From a virus: a stretch of 64,000 nt of DNA. The stretch covers positions 12,835 through 76,834 of the IMG/VR virus record IMGVR_UViG_3300035698_010154; one strand, given 5' to 3'. The notes beneath the pieces are model-generated. The model did not search any database. It saw only the letters and a program-made list of their open reading frames with translations, and was not told the DNA's origin. The first letter of the stretch is position 1; every line of letters begins with the position of its first letter. Position numbers and translations under genes: made by a program. Below, piece by piece: positions 1 to 9,642 of this stretch.

Positions 1-132
1 GCAGGATCATATACAATAAATACAGCTAATGATGATATTACTGAAAATGATTTATTAAGAATAGATATAGATTCTGTAAGTACGACACCACCAAAAGGAT
101 TATTAATAACAATGGGATTTAGTATTCCATAA
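1..132 (+). CDS. 3' end of a truncated gene, probably a virion structural protein
   Basis: Open frame from base 1: AGSYTINTANDDITENDLLRIDIDSVSTTPPKGLLITMGFSIP*; lies upstream of tail genes. Confidence 0.45.
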   Translation, partial: AGSYTINTANDDITENDLLRIDIDSVSTTPPKGLLITMGFSIP

Positions 133-145
133 AAAGTAAAAATTA

Positions 146-153
146 TATAAATA
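146..153 (+). promoter_or_regulatory. T4-type late promoter TATAAATA
   Basis: Exact gp55 consensus in an intergenic region; gp55 is encoded in the window. Confidence 0.65.
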
Positions 154-219
154 GAATATAGAAACAATAAAAATAGAATATAGGAGGACAGGGCCGACGG
201 GCCTTGAAAAGGTACCTTG

Positions 220-248
220 TTTACTTTTTCTCACTCCTACAGTATAAT
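220..248 (+). promoter_or_regulatory. Sigma70-like/T4 early-type promoter
   Basis: (G)TTTACT-N17-TATAAT upstream of an AAGGAG RBS. Confidence 0.55.
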
Positions 249-271
249 AAATCTAACAAGGAGATTTTAAA

Positions 272-684
272 ATGAAAATATGCTGGGACAATTTAGAAGT
301 AGAATAAGATCATTAAAAGGAATTCAAGATGGTGAATGTAGATTATATTGTTCAGAGAGTTGCAAGCATGAATGCTCTATATTCAACAAATCACCAGAAA
401 CATTGATGAAAGAAGATGCTGTTAAATCTGGAAGATTATCATGGTTAGAACTAGGTAGAGAAGTTCAACCAGAATTAAGGCAAATGGTGTTAGATCGAGA
501 TGATTATCAATGTATTAAATGTGGATCAAAAGAATCATTACATTGTCACCATATAGAAGGCATTAGATGGGAGCCTCTGATGAGCGCAGATATTGATATG
601 TGCGTAACATTCTGTAAATCTTGTCATAAAGCAGTACATAAATTACCAGATTGTGGATATCATGATATGATGTGTGTAGTTTAA
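272..684 (+). pseudogene. HNH homing endonuclease, probably internally deleted/frameshifted
   Basis: RBS-preceded ATG at 272 reads MKICWDNLEVE*; HNH domain (RDDYQCIKCG..LHCHHIEG..CKSCHKAVH) lies in another frame (280..684). Confidence 0.6.
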
Positions 685-750
685 TAACAAAAATAAATAT
701 TTATACCTTCGAATATCATTGGTATAAAACGAACAAGGAGATTAATTTTT

Positions 751-1287
751 ATGGCATTTTCAATCAATAGTTTTAAGGCAAATTTTGGGGAAGGCGCAAA
801 AAGTAATTTGTTTTATTACAAGCCTCAATTTCCGCCTGGTGTTGCAGAAATGACACCAGACCAAGCCATGTATCTTGTTAAATCTACGCAGTTTCCATCT
901 ACTACACTTGATGAAACTGTATTAAATTGGCAAGGAATGGATTGGAAGATTGCTGCGAAGCATACATATAGTGATATAACAATAACATTTAATGTTGACT
1001 ATAATGCAAAAATAAGAAAGCTATTCGAAGATTGGTCAAACAAAGCACATGATCCTATAACTAATGAAAGTGGATTGCATAGTGATTACCAAGCTGACCA
1101 GATTTTACAGATGCTCGGCTATAATGGGACTGTTATCTTAGAGGCTAAGCTTGTGCATGCATGGCCCAAAGAAATAAGCCAAATAACTCTAGATTATAGT
1201 TCTGCCGAGATAAGTTCATTTGATGTAACGTGGGCATATGCTTATCATTTACTTTCCTACGAGGCAACTGGTGGTAACGTGTTCTAA
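751..1287 (+). CDS. T4 gp19/gp54-family tail tube or tube-initiator protein
   Basis: STQFPSTTL, WSNKAHDP, AWPKEISQITLDYS, FDVTWAY motifs; adjacent to gp26-like gene. Confidence 0.8.
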   Translation: MAFSINSFKANFGEGAKSNLFYYKPQFPPGVAEMTPDQAMYLVKSTQFPSTTLDETVLNWQGMDWKIAAKHTYSDITITFNVDYNAKIRKLFEDWSNKAHDPITNESGLHSDYQADQILQMLGYNGTVILEAKLVHAWPKEISQITLDYSSAEISSFDVTWAYAYHLLSYEATGGNVF

Positions 1288-1299
1288 TGAACGCTTTTG

Positions 1300-1347
1300 G
1301 GAGGTATACACTGGAATCCAATAGAATCAGCAGATATAGATATGTTG
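1300..1347 (+). pseudogene. Relic fragment of a second HNH endonuclease
   Basis: Translates GGIHWNPIESADIDML, matching EGIRWEPLMSADIDMC of the 280..684 HNH. Confidence 0.6.
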
Positions 1348-1391
1348 ATTTACGATGTGCAGCATAAATAAAATGTAAGAGGAGAATATAA

Positions 1392-2171
1392 ATGGTGGAA
1401 GAAGTAGAAGAAAAAGTAAAGGTAAACCCGAAGTTCGTCAATTATTTGAACATATATGAGTTCGAAACAACGTTGCCGGGATCTGGTCAAGTTGTAAAAT
1501 TCAAACCACTTACTACCGGTCAGCTCAAAAAACTTCTTGTTTACGAAAACGAGACTAGCATAATCATACAAGAAGAAGCAATTGATAAATTGATAACATC
1601 ATGTGTTGTTAGTGAAAATTTTGATATAGATGAACTGTTTCTACAAGATCGATTCTTTCTGTTGATAGAGATAAGAAAAAAGACAAAAGGTGAAAAGTAT
1701 TCATTTACATTCAAGTGCCCGAAATGTGGATCTCAAATAATCAATGACATAGATCTTGATAGCATGCCGGTGACGACAACATCACCGGATATAGATCATT
1801 CTGTAATGTTGACAGAAGACATCGGCGTGACTCTAAACTATCTGAAAAGAAAAGACTTTAAACTTATATCTCAATTCCTTGATGTTGATGAAAAAAGAAC
1901 TGAAACTCAAATAAACTCAGGCATCCAAACAGGACTATTTGCCGCCGGAATAGAATCGGTTGCCTCACCAGATGGAATAGAAGAGGACGTTGATATACAG
2001 AGTAAAATATATTTGATTGAAAACGTACCAACATCTGGTTATGAAGTAATAAAAAATTGGTATGAAGATAATGATTTTGGTATAGATATGAGTGTAAGTG
2101 TTGCTTGTATAAATGAGCAATGTGGATATGAAAATACAGAAGATATACCAATGGGGGATTTTTTTTTATAA
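1392..2171 (+). CDS. T4 gp26-like baseplate hub assembly protein
   Basis: LPGSGQVVKFKPLT, IRKKTKGE, CPKCG, C-terminal GDFFL; baseplate synteny. Confidence 0.8.
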   Translation: MVEEVEEKVKVNPKFVNYLNIYEFETTLPGSGQVVKFKPLTTGQLKKLLVYENETSIIIQEEAIDKLITSCVVSENFDIDELFLQDRFFLLIEIRKKTKGEKYSFTFKCPKCGSQIINDIDLDSMPVTTTSPDIDHSVMLTEDIGVTLNYLKRKDFKLISQFLDVDEKRTETQINSGIQTGLFAAGIESVASPDGIEEDVDIQSKIYLIENVPTSGYEVIKNWYEDNDFGIDMSVSVACINEQCGYENTEDIPMGDFFL

Positions 2172-2176
2172 TTCTA

Positions 2177-2365
2177 TTGTACAGTAGTGGTAAAGGGCTA
2201 ACAGGTATTATAGAAGATCAATTTTACTTATCACATAAATCCCACATATCATTCTCAGAATCACAGAACATGGCTGATTTCGAAAGAGAAGCTTGTGTAT
2301 CATTACTTATTAAAACCATAGAAGAAGAATCTAAGCAATACCAAAAAGCGACGAGCAATAAATAA
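2177..2365 (+). CDS. T4 gp51-like baseplate hub assembly protein
   Basis: Small ORF after gp26 with SFSESQNMADFERE motif. Confidence 0.65.
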   Translation: MYSSGKGLTGIIEDQFYLSHKSHISFSESQNMADFEREACVSLLIKTIEEESKQYQKATSNK

Positions 2366-2409
2366 AAGTCACGCTTAACTATATTATAGTTAAAGGATAT
2401 GGAGCAGTG

Positions 2410-2446
2410 AATCTCAAGGACTTTGTATGTCCTTGAGATTTTTGCT
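2410..2446 (+). terminator. Intrinsic terminator
   Basis: Perfect 12-bp stem AATCTCAAGGAC/GTCCTTGAGATT with 7-nt loop, then a T-run. Confidence 0.7.
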
Positions 2447-2474
2447 TTAGGAAGAGTGAGTGAGTAGGTTATAA

Positions 2475-2482
2475 TATAAATA
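2475..2482 (+). promoter_or_regulatory. Late promoter TATAAATA
   Basis: Exact consensus about 40 nt upstream of the 2522 ORF. Confidence 0.7.
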
Positions 2483-2521
2483 ATGATTTACAATGTATAG
2501 CAATATTAATGAGGTTAAATA

Positions 2522-4402
2522 ATGTCTCCAACTCCTATTGAAAATATAGATAAAAACATTCAAAAGCTTGTCAGAAATATGGTTGTTAATGACGATAAAG
2601 TAGAAAATGCTGTTGATGATGTAGTTGATGCTGTTGAAGAACAAACAGAACAAACAGAAGAAAATTCTAAAAATTTTATGACAACTATTAAAGGAATTGG
2701 CGGGATGTTTAAAGATATTGGTGGTGGTATAAAATCATATTTTCAAAAAATGTATAGCGCCATATCGGGGCATCTAAGAGAAATATTAGGGCCTGTTGCA
2801 GAAGCATATGATTTTATGAAAGATACATTTAAAGGATTTTTTGATTCGATGAAAAGTGTATGGAAAACTTTGTTTATTAATACTGGTATTCAACAAAAAT
2901 TCATGGGTGATCTATTTAATGTTTTTAGAAGAAAAGAAAAGAAAGATGCTAGAGAAGGTGGTAAAGTTAAAAGAGTATTTCTGGGATTATTTGGAACATT
3001 AGCAGTATTGATTGGTATCGCAGTTGGTGCTCTCTTTGGTCTTGTTAGTAAGCCAATGCTGCTTATTAGTAAACTTTTGCCAATAAAAACAATAGGGAAA
3101 ATATTAAAAGCATTACCAGTAGTAGGAAGATTTTTTAGAAGAGTTGGTGTTTTTCTTTGGAGAATAAAGAAATACGGAAGAAAATTTATTAAAGCGGCAT
3201 CAAAGTTCAAAATATTAGGGAAGCTTTTTAAAGGATTCGCATTTGGATTTAAATGGATAGCATGGCCACTTATTATAGGCATTGCTCTATTTGATACCAT
3301 AAAAGCTTTTTTTACAACCGAAGGTGATGTGGTTACAAAACTTAAAGCATCAATGAGATCTGCTTTTGATAGTTTATTTGGATTTCCAATAGAACTAATA
3401 GGCTGGATAACAAATAAACTTTTTAGTCTATTTGGTATTAAAATCGATGCTACACAAAAAATTAAAGATTTTTTTCATTCAGTTATTGGTTGGGTTGTAG
3501 AAGAAGCTGTTAAACTATTCAAAGATCCTAAAAAATACTTTACAGATGTAATAGAAAGTATTAAAAAAATATTCTGGGATATGGCAACATGGATAAATGA
3601 TCGGGGAGGATTTATAATCGAACCAATTACCTCGTTCTTCAAATCAGTTGGAGAGTGGTTTACTAACATTGGTACATCTATCAAGAGTATTTTTACAGGT
3701 AGTGGCGATAAAGTAGAAGCAGCCAAAGCAATTCTATTAGGAATATTCGATACTTTATTTGAATTTCCATTAAAAGTACTGGGATGGCTTCCTAAAAAAA
3801 TACTAGGATTTTTTGATATTGATATTGATCCTGGTCAATTTGTAATTGATATGTTTCATAATATTATAAGTACTGTAGTTAATTTTGTGGTTGGATTATT
3901 TAAAGACCCCGGTAAATATATAGCTGCTTCAATGAAAATAGTAGAGAACGGTTGGAAAATTGTTACAGATAAAATAACATCTATGTTTGATTTTGTGAAA
4001 GGATTTTTTATAGATTTAGTTGATTATTTTAAAGAGTTCTTTACTATAAAAAATATAGTAGGCAAAATAAAAAGTGGATGGAATAATTTATTTGGAGAGA
4101 GCGATGAGGAAAATAAACAACTTACTCCAATGCCTTCTCCTTCTAGTGTTTCAGATGCTGTAAATGGACTTGAAAAACAAAAATTTATGAACAAAATGGG
4201 TCAATCTGAAGAAGCAACACAAACACAAAAAATAATTAGTAAGAATATAGATGATATGATAAAAGTACTTAAAGAAGGTAATAAAGGTGGTGGAAACAAT
4301 GCTATGTTGTTACCTGGTGGTGCTTATGGTGGCACTGGAAGAGAACCTATAGTAGATGAAAATGAAGCCTATGGATTAAACATGGCGAACCACTATAACT
4401 AA
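2522..4402 (+). CDS. Putative tape-measure / gp29-like protein
   Basis: 626 aa, amphipathic helical with periodic W/F, hydrophobic segments, internal duplication (FGFPIELIGW / FEFPLKVLGW); baseplate context. Confidence 0.55.
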   Translation: MSPTPIENIDKNIQKLVRNMVVNDDKVENAVDDVVDAVEEQTEQTEENSKNFMTTIKGIGGMFKDIGGGIKSYFQKMYSAISGHLREILGPVAEAYDFMKDTFKGFFDSMKSVWKTLFINTGIQQKFMGDLFNVFRRKEKKDAREGGKVKRVFLGLFGTLAVLIGIAVGALFGLVSKPMLLISKLLPIKTIGKILKALPVVGRFFRRVGVFLWRIKKYGRKFIKAASKFKILGKLFKGFAFGFKWIAWPLIIGIALFDTIKAFFTTEGDVVTKLKASMRSAFDSLFGFPIELIGWITNKLFSLFGIKIDATQKIKDFFHSVIGWVVEEAVKLFKDPKKYFTDVIESIKKIFWDMATWINDRGGFIIEPITSFFKSVGEWFTNIGTSIKSIFTGSGDKVEAAKAILLGIFDTLFEFPLKVLGWLPKKILGFFDIDIDPGQFVIDMFHNIISTVVNFVVGLFKDPGKYIAASMKIVENGWKIVTDKITSMFDFVKGFFIDLVDYFKEFFTIKNIVGKIKSGWNNLFGESDEENKQLTPMPSPSSVSDAVNGLEKQKFMNKMGQSEEATQTQKIISKNIDDMIKVLKEGNKGGGNNAMLLPGGAYGGTGREPIVDENEAYGLNMANHYN

Positions 4403-4425
4403 AGAGAAGGAGTAAGTAAAACAAT

Positions 4426-5628
4426 ATGCCAAAACGCGGCGGGATGTCAATAGAGAAGGGTTTCAATAGAGATGTGAATTCATCAGCAAACGAGTTCGCA
4501 TTTAAAGGAAATACTCTTATTAGAAATCCAGACTTTTCTCCATATACAACTTGGAAAAATGCTCTTTGGGTTCATATGGTGCCATTAAAGTTAGAGAATC
4601 AAAACTCTGCTGATAGGGGTGGATCAATTTCTATTGGTGGTGAGAACAGACCTACTTTTGCATTTTTAGCCCCTACAGATATATCAGAAAATATAAGTCA
4701 TTCATGGGAAGGATTTGATTCTATTCAATCGAGATTAATGGGTAAGATTGTTGCCGGTGCTAAATTATCAAATGAGCTTAAAGCTGTTGGTAACACATTT
4801 GCAAATATTAAAAAATCTATAGAAGGTGATAGTAAAAAACCTGGTGTATCCACTACAAGTGCCTTTGATTCTGCATTGCGTGCTGCTGGAAAAATGGCCG
4901 GAACAAATGTTCCTAAATTTAAAGTAGATACTCCTTTAAGATATATGGATTCTGGTAGAAGAGAAATAACTATGGAATTTATATTGATGGCATCGAGTAA
5001 AGATACAGGTAGAATAAAAGAAGGTGATAGTATAAAACGAAGTGTAACGGATGTTGTTCATGATCTAATGATGTATTCATCACCTGCCATAAAAGATAAC
5101 AATAGTACTGAATATGAATTTCCTTATATATGGAGACTTGAAACATCACCTAATAACTTTCTACTATATGAGTTCTGTGCCTTAATTTCTGTACAGCCAA
5201 CATGGAGCGCTCCTTATATAGATGGATATCCGTCTAATTGTAAATTAACACTTACATTTAAAGATCTATCACCGCTCTTTAGAACAACAATTGCTCACGG
5301 TTCCTCAGTTAATGTTATTGATAATACGAATACTGCCGAAATGTCTAATGCAGAATGGTTGGCAACATTCGAAGAACTAAAACCAACAGTCACGACACCT
5401 GATCTGATTAAAGGATTAATGGATGCTCGCACAAAATTAAAACGAACAACAGCAATATACGATTCTCTTTCATCTGGTAATGAAGAAAGTGTACTTAGAT
5501 ATTTTGCTAGTCAAGCCGAAGATGTTGCTAGAAGAGGTATTACTAGTGATGTTCAACAAACTCTTGCCGGTGGTATTCCTGGTCTAGCCAAGGTGACTCC
5601 TGTTATATCAATTTATCCAAGGCTATAG
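4426..5628 (+). CDS. Putative baseplate tail-tube cap (gp48-like)
   Basis: ISHSWE, RREITMEF, ALISVQPTW, GYPSNCKLTLTFKDL tube-fold motifs; position. Confidence 0.55.
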   Translation: MPKRGGMSIEKGFNRDVNSSANEFAFKGNTLIRNPDFSPYTTWKNALWVHMVPLKLENQNSADRGGSISIGGENRPTFAFLAPTDISENISHSWEGFDSIQSRLMGKIVAGAKLSNELKAVGNTFANIKKSIEGDSKKPGVSTTSAFDSALRAAGKMAGTNVPKFKVDTPLRYMDSGRREITMEFILMASSKDTGRIKEGDSIKRSVTDVVHDLMMYSSPAIKDNNSTEYEFPYIWRLETSPNNFLLYEFCALISVQPTWSAPYIDGYPSNCKLTLTFKDLSPLFRTTIAHGSSVNVIDNTNTAEMSNAEWLATFEELKPTVTTPDLIKGLMDARTKLKRTTAIYDSLSSGNEESVLRYFASQAEDVARRGITSDVQQTLAGGIPGLAKVTPVISIYPRL

Positions 5629-5883
5629 CTATACTAGGAATAGATCTTCTTCCAATTGATAATCATTATATAATTTAAATCGCATATAATAGTATTTTAA
5701 ATCATCAGTATATAATTTTACTTGATTACCATCAGCATATTCTATCGACATATAAGTAGTATTTGAATATAATTTATCTAATTTATCGGTATGGGATTTA
5801 ATCAACCAAGCATTGAATTTAATTTCATTCAAATCTCTTAATACTACTTTATCTCCGGGTTTAAATCTATTTCTATTGCTCAT
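5629..5883 (-). CDS. Small hypothetical protein, paralog of 5880..6215
   Basis: FKPGDKVVLRDL start, C-terminus LEEDLFLV. Confidence 0.6.
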   Translation of the reverse strand: MSNRNRFKPGDKVVLRDLNEIKFNAWLIKSHTDKLDKLYSNTTYMSIEYADGNQVKLYTDDLKYYYMRFKLYNDYQLEEDLFLV

Positions 5884-6215
5884 ACTAGAAACAACTCCTC
5901 TTCTAGCTCAAATCCATCAAACTGCTCTTTATATAATTTTAATCTAAAGCAATATACCCCACCAATCTCATTAAATTTCCACTTACTCCGCTCAGGATAA
6001 AAATTTAGAAAATTACCATCTATTCTTTTAACTGTTATATATTCTAAATTATGAAGATACATGTATTCTTTTATATTTTTATAGTTGACATTGTTAGCTA
6101 TCGTGCCACGCATATCCGGATTGCTTCTAATAAAGGAGCGTACTTCACCTAACTCTCGTAATACGACTCTATCACCAATCTTAAATGGATTATTAAACCT
6201 CTTATCTTTTGCCAT
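5880..6215 (-). CDS. Small hypothetical protein, paralog of 5629..5883
   Basis: FKIGDRVVLREL, C-terminus LEEELFLV; 4-bp overlap with its paralog. Confidence 0.6.
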   Translation of the reverse strand: MAKDKRFNNPFKIGDRVVLRELGEVRSFIRSNPDMRGTIANNVNYKNIKEYMYLHNLEYITVKRIDGNFLNFYPERSKWKFNEIGGVYCFRLKLYKEQFDGFELEEELFLV

Positions 6216-6299
6216 ATACTACTACCTATACACCCCATACCTAACTCAATTTATTTACATACACCTTTAATACAATATTACACCTTTATATATACCTAT

Positions 6300-6328
6300 A
6301 TAGTATCATAAATTATCTAGATTGTAAA
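6300..6328 (-). promoter_or_regulatory. Early-type promoter for the minus-strand genes
   Basis: Reverse complement TTTACA-N17-TACTAT. Confidence 0.5.
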
Positions 6329-6404
6329 TGCTAAAAGTCAAATTTCTTTTAGTATGCTGTGTAGTAGTATATAGAGAGAGAGAGAGATTATTTTTGTGTT
6401 TTTA

Positions 6405-6960
6405 GGTGTATAAGTAGTGGTATGCTGAATAATAGAGCATTTTTATATTTTGATAGGTGCGATTTGGCCCCCGGGCGGCGTAAAATATATTTTGTAGATT
6501 TTTTAGGTGTATAAGTAGTAGTATGCTGAATAATAGAGCATTTTTAGCTGGGGTGTAGGTGCGATTTGGCCCCTACAGGCGACGTAAAATATGTTTTGTG
6601 TATTTTTGTGTATAAGTAGTGGTATGCTGAATAATAGAGCATTTTTAGGTGTAGGTAGGTGCGATTTGGCCCCGGGCGGCGTAAAATATGTTTTGTAGAT
6701 TATATTTGTATATCACATTTACTATTCCGTAGTAGTAATAGTAGTAAGGTAAGTAGAGATTTTTTAGATGTATATAGCTGGTGTTAGTGCGATTTGGCCC
6801 CTATAGGCGTAAAAATATTTAGTAGATTATATAGTATATCACATTTACTATTTTGTGTATAAGTAGTGGTATGCTGAATAATAGAGCATTTATAGGCGTA
6901 TATAGCTGGGGTAGGTGCGATTTGGCCCCCTACGGGCGGCGTAAAATATATTTTGTAAAA
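6405..6960. repeat. Repeat family A, ~100-130-bp units
   Basis: GTGTATAAGTAGTRGTATGCTGAATAATAGAGCATTT x4 (contains ATGCT-N9-AGCAT dyad); GTGCGATTTGGCCCC..GGCGTAAAA x5. Confidence 0.9.
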
Positions 6961-7069
6961 TATAATCTATAAAATATATAGTATAAACTTGGGTTTGGGG
7001 TGTATTTGGATCATGATTTTGCCACTATTTTTGCCACTAGCGAATTTTCTGTATAGTAGTAGTGGATTA

Positions 7070-7460
7070 CTAAAATCGGTAGGCGGCCAAAAATATTTCT
7101 ATTTACTAGTAGTGGGTAGGTAAATGTGTGTAGGTAGGTAGGTAGGTAGGTAGGTGGGTGTAAGTGTGGGTAAATGTGTGTAGGTAATAGTGTAAATCGG
7201 GCCGCCAAAAATTTCTATTTACTAGTAGTAAGTGAGTGGGTAAGTGGGTAAGTGGGTAAATTGGGCCGCCAAAAATTTTTATATTATAGTGGTGTACAAG
7301 TGAGTGTAGGTGGATAGGTAAGTATACTGAGTGTGCGAATGTGGGTAGGTAGGTAATAATGTAAATCGGGCCGCCAAAAATTTTATATTATAGTAGTGTA
7401 AGTGAGTACTGAGTAAGTGGGTAATAGTGTAAATTGGGCGGCCAAAAATTTTTATTTAAT
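7070..7460. repeat. Repeat family B with TAGG/GGGTAAGT simple repeats
   Basis: AAATYGG(G)CSGCCAAAAAT x5 near 7073, 7194, 7258, 7363, 7431. Confidence 0.85.
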
Positions 7461-7535
7461 AGTAGTGTAAGTGTGTAAGAGTACTGAGTGACTGTTCAAA
7501 TATGGTAGAATCAAATTACGCCCCTATGCCAACAA

Positions 7536-7655
7536 AATTGCCCAATTCGAGGCACTTTGTCCCCAATTCTTGTAGTTTACCATACTTTGAACCCCCAATT
7601 CTTGTAATTTGCCCAATTCAACCCCCAATTCTTGTAATTTGCCCAATTCAACCCA
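7536..7655. repeat. Repeat family C (CCCAATTC)
   Basis: Perfect 30-bp tandem ACCCCCAATTCTTGTAATTTGCCCAATTCA at 7591..7650 plus partial copies. Confidence 0.9.
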
Positions 7656-7969
7656 CTTTTCTATAATTACAACATATATATTGTAAAAATCGGCATGCGT
7701 ACAACATATATATTGTATATATTCTCACTATGGCGCACGCTACATAGAGCGTACCTACCTACACTTGACCAGATATAGTAAATAATCGCCTCAAATAATG
7801 AGGCGAAGTAGGTGGTGGCGTTTTGTGTATATGTGTGTATGTGTATGTGTAGGTGGTGGCGGCGAAGTAGGTAAATATATAGACATTGTGTATATGTGTA
7901 TGTGTATATGTATGTGTAGCGAATAGAGTAAGGTAGGCATGTAGGTGGGGGGTAGGGGGTGACAATAGG

Positions 7970-8052
7970 TAAAGCGCTATGTAGGACAATGGGTAAAATT
8001 ATGTAGGACAATATGAAGCGCTATGTAGGACAATATGAAGCGCTATGTAGGA
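7970..8052. repeat. Repeat family D
   Basis: AAGCGCTATGTAGGACAATATG-like tandem units, about 4 copies. Confidence 0.85.
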
Positions 8053-8085
8053 GAGAGAGATATATATAGGGTGGGTGTAAGGGTG

Positions 8086-8250
8086 CGGCTCCAGGGGGGA
8101 CGTGAAATCGGGGTTATATGGCTCCAGGGAACGTGAAATCGGGGTTATATGGCTCCAGAACGTGCGAAACGGCTCCAGAACGTGAAATCGGGGTTATATG
8201 GCTCCAGAACGTGCGAATCGGCCCCAGGGAACGTGAAATCGGGGTTATGC
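8086..8250. repeat. Repeat family E
   Basis: GGCTCCAG(GG)AACGTGAAATCGGGGTTATAT-like tandem units. Confidence 0.85.
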
Positions 8251-8499
8251 GAATGTGATGCACTTTATCTTGGATTTTCTGGGCCTGCAAAAAAGGAGAG
8301 GGAGAGGGAGAGGGAGAGATATAGTGAATAGGGTGTGGGTGCCTCTATTAGTGTAATTGAATGTGAGACATTATGGGTGGGATTTTCTGGGCTCACAAAA
8401 GGAGCATTATATTAACTACCACTTTGTGGTATACTACTACTCGCTTATACTGGGTAGTAATAGTAAGTAATATACTACTATGTAGGTAAGTATATCAAA

Positions 8500-8770
8500 T
8501 TATATTACTTATGCTTATATAACTTATGATGTTATATATCTTATAATGTTATATGATCTTATATGCCTTGATGTTATGCTTATATATCTTATAATGTTAT
8601 ATGATCTTATAATGTTATATATCTTATATGCCTTGATGTTATGCTTATATTACTTATAATGTTATATTATATGATCTTATGCTTATGCTTAGTAGTCTTT
8701 CTTTCTTTCTCTCTTTCTCGTGTCATAACAGTAGTAGTAGTAATCTTATGCTTATGCTTATGCCTACTAT
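8500..8770. repeat. AT-rich short-period repeat family F
   Basis: Iterated TTATGCTTATA / CTTATAATGTTATATGATC units. Confidence 0.8.
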
Positions 8771-8817
8771 GCCTACTACTACCTATCTAAACCCACCTAC
8801 TACTACACCTCATAGTC

Positions 8818-9126
8818 TCATAGTAGTAGTAAATGGTATACCTTATATTTGATTTTGTTATATATAGTATCTTCTGCTTCATCTTTTGAATCGAAAATGT
8901 AGTTCTTTTTTATTGTATGCTCCAAATGTAGTCGCAAATCATTCTTATTAAGATATCCATACAGACCATAATCATGATTAGTATAATAACCCGGTAACAG
9001 ATTTAGTTCATCAATTGTACTTATTAAGTGAATATTATTACCATTTGATACCACTTCTAGATCCGAGAAATGGTTAGGCTGAAATGATGTATTGCGTATA
9101 TATTGAATAAGTTCATGAGTATCCAT
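8818..9126 (-). CDS. Hypothetical protein
   Basis: ORF with upstream AAAGGT RBS; part of a minus-strand cluster. Confidence 0.55.
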   Translation of the reverse strand: MDTHELIQYIRNTSFQPNHFSDLEVVSNGNNIHLISTIDELNLLPGYYTNHDYGLYGYLNKNDLRLHLEHTIKKNYIFDSKDEAEDTIYNKIKYKVYHLLLL

Positions 9127-9159
9127 ACCTTTATTTTATACCTTTATACCTTTATTTTA

Positions 9160-9510
9160 CTATACACCTTTACCTATACCTTTATTAATCTTTTTACGTT
9201 TTAAGTCTATCAGTTCAAAGAGGTGTCTATGTATTTTATATTTCAATATAGCCTTAGAATAGTATTTTATGGCTAGGTTTGAATAAGTGTTAGCAGTCTC
9301 AAGTTGTGAGTGTGTTGTGCAACTTTGAATTATTTTTACTACTCTTTTGATTATAGTATGATCTCTATTCATCATTTTATTCATTCCTCTACTACTACTT
9401 CTACTTATTAGAAATATTGTTATCATTATATCTACAATTGTCAATATGATAACTATTATATTATTGATATACTTACATATACAATACAGTATATCATGAT
9501 GTATTTTCAT
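9160..9510 (-). CDS. Hypothetical protein (true start probably the internal MNKMMNR)
   Basis: IIQSCTTHSQLETANTY segment; start uncertain. Confidence 0.45.
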   Translation of the reverse strand: MKIHHDILYCICKYINNIIVIILTIVDIMITIFLISRSSSRGMNKMMNRDHTIIKRVVKIIQSCTTHSQLETANTYSNLAIKYYSKAILKYKIHRHLFELIDLKRKKINKGIGKGV

Positions 9511-9642
9511 TGTTCAGTATTTTCATTGCTTGAGTGATTCGTTTTCTCAAACTCGGTGGTCTGATCTTATCCTCCTCCTGTGCTCTACTACGAGCGATTC
9601 TCCATCTATTCCTATTTAATAGTCTTCTAGCTGTTTTATATT

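Noticed and set aside
6405-8250. CRISPR array interpretation of the repeats
   Set aside because: Intervening sequences are related to each other, low-complexity and variable in length; no cas genes in the window
7011-8331. ORFs 7011..7208, 7667..8011, 7759..7989, 8149..8331
   Set aside because: Translations of simple repeats with no convincing RBS
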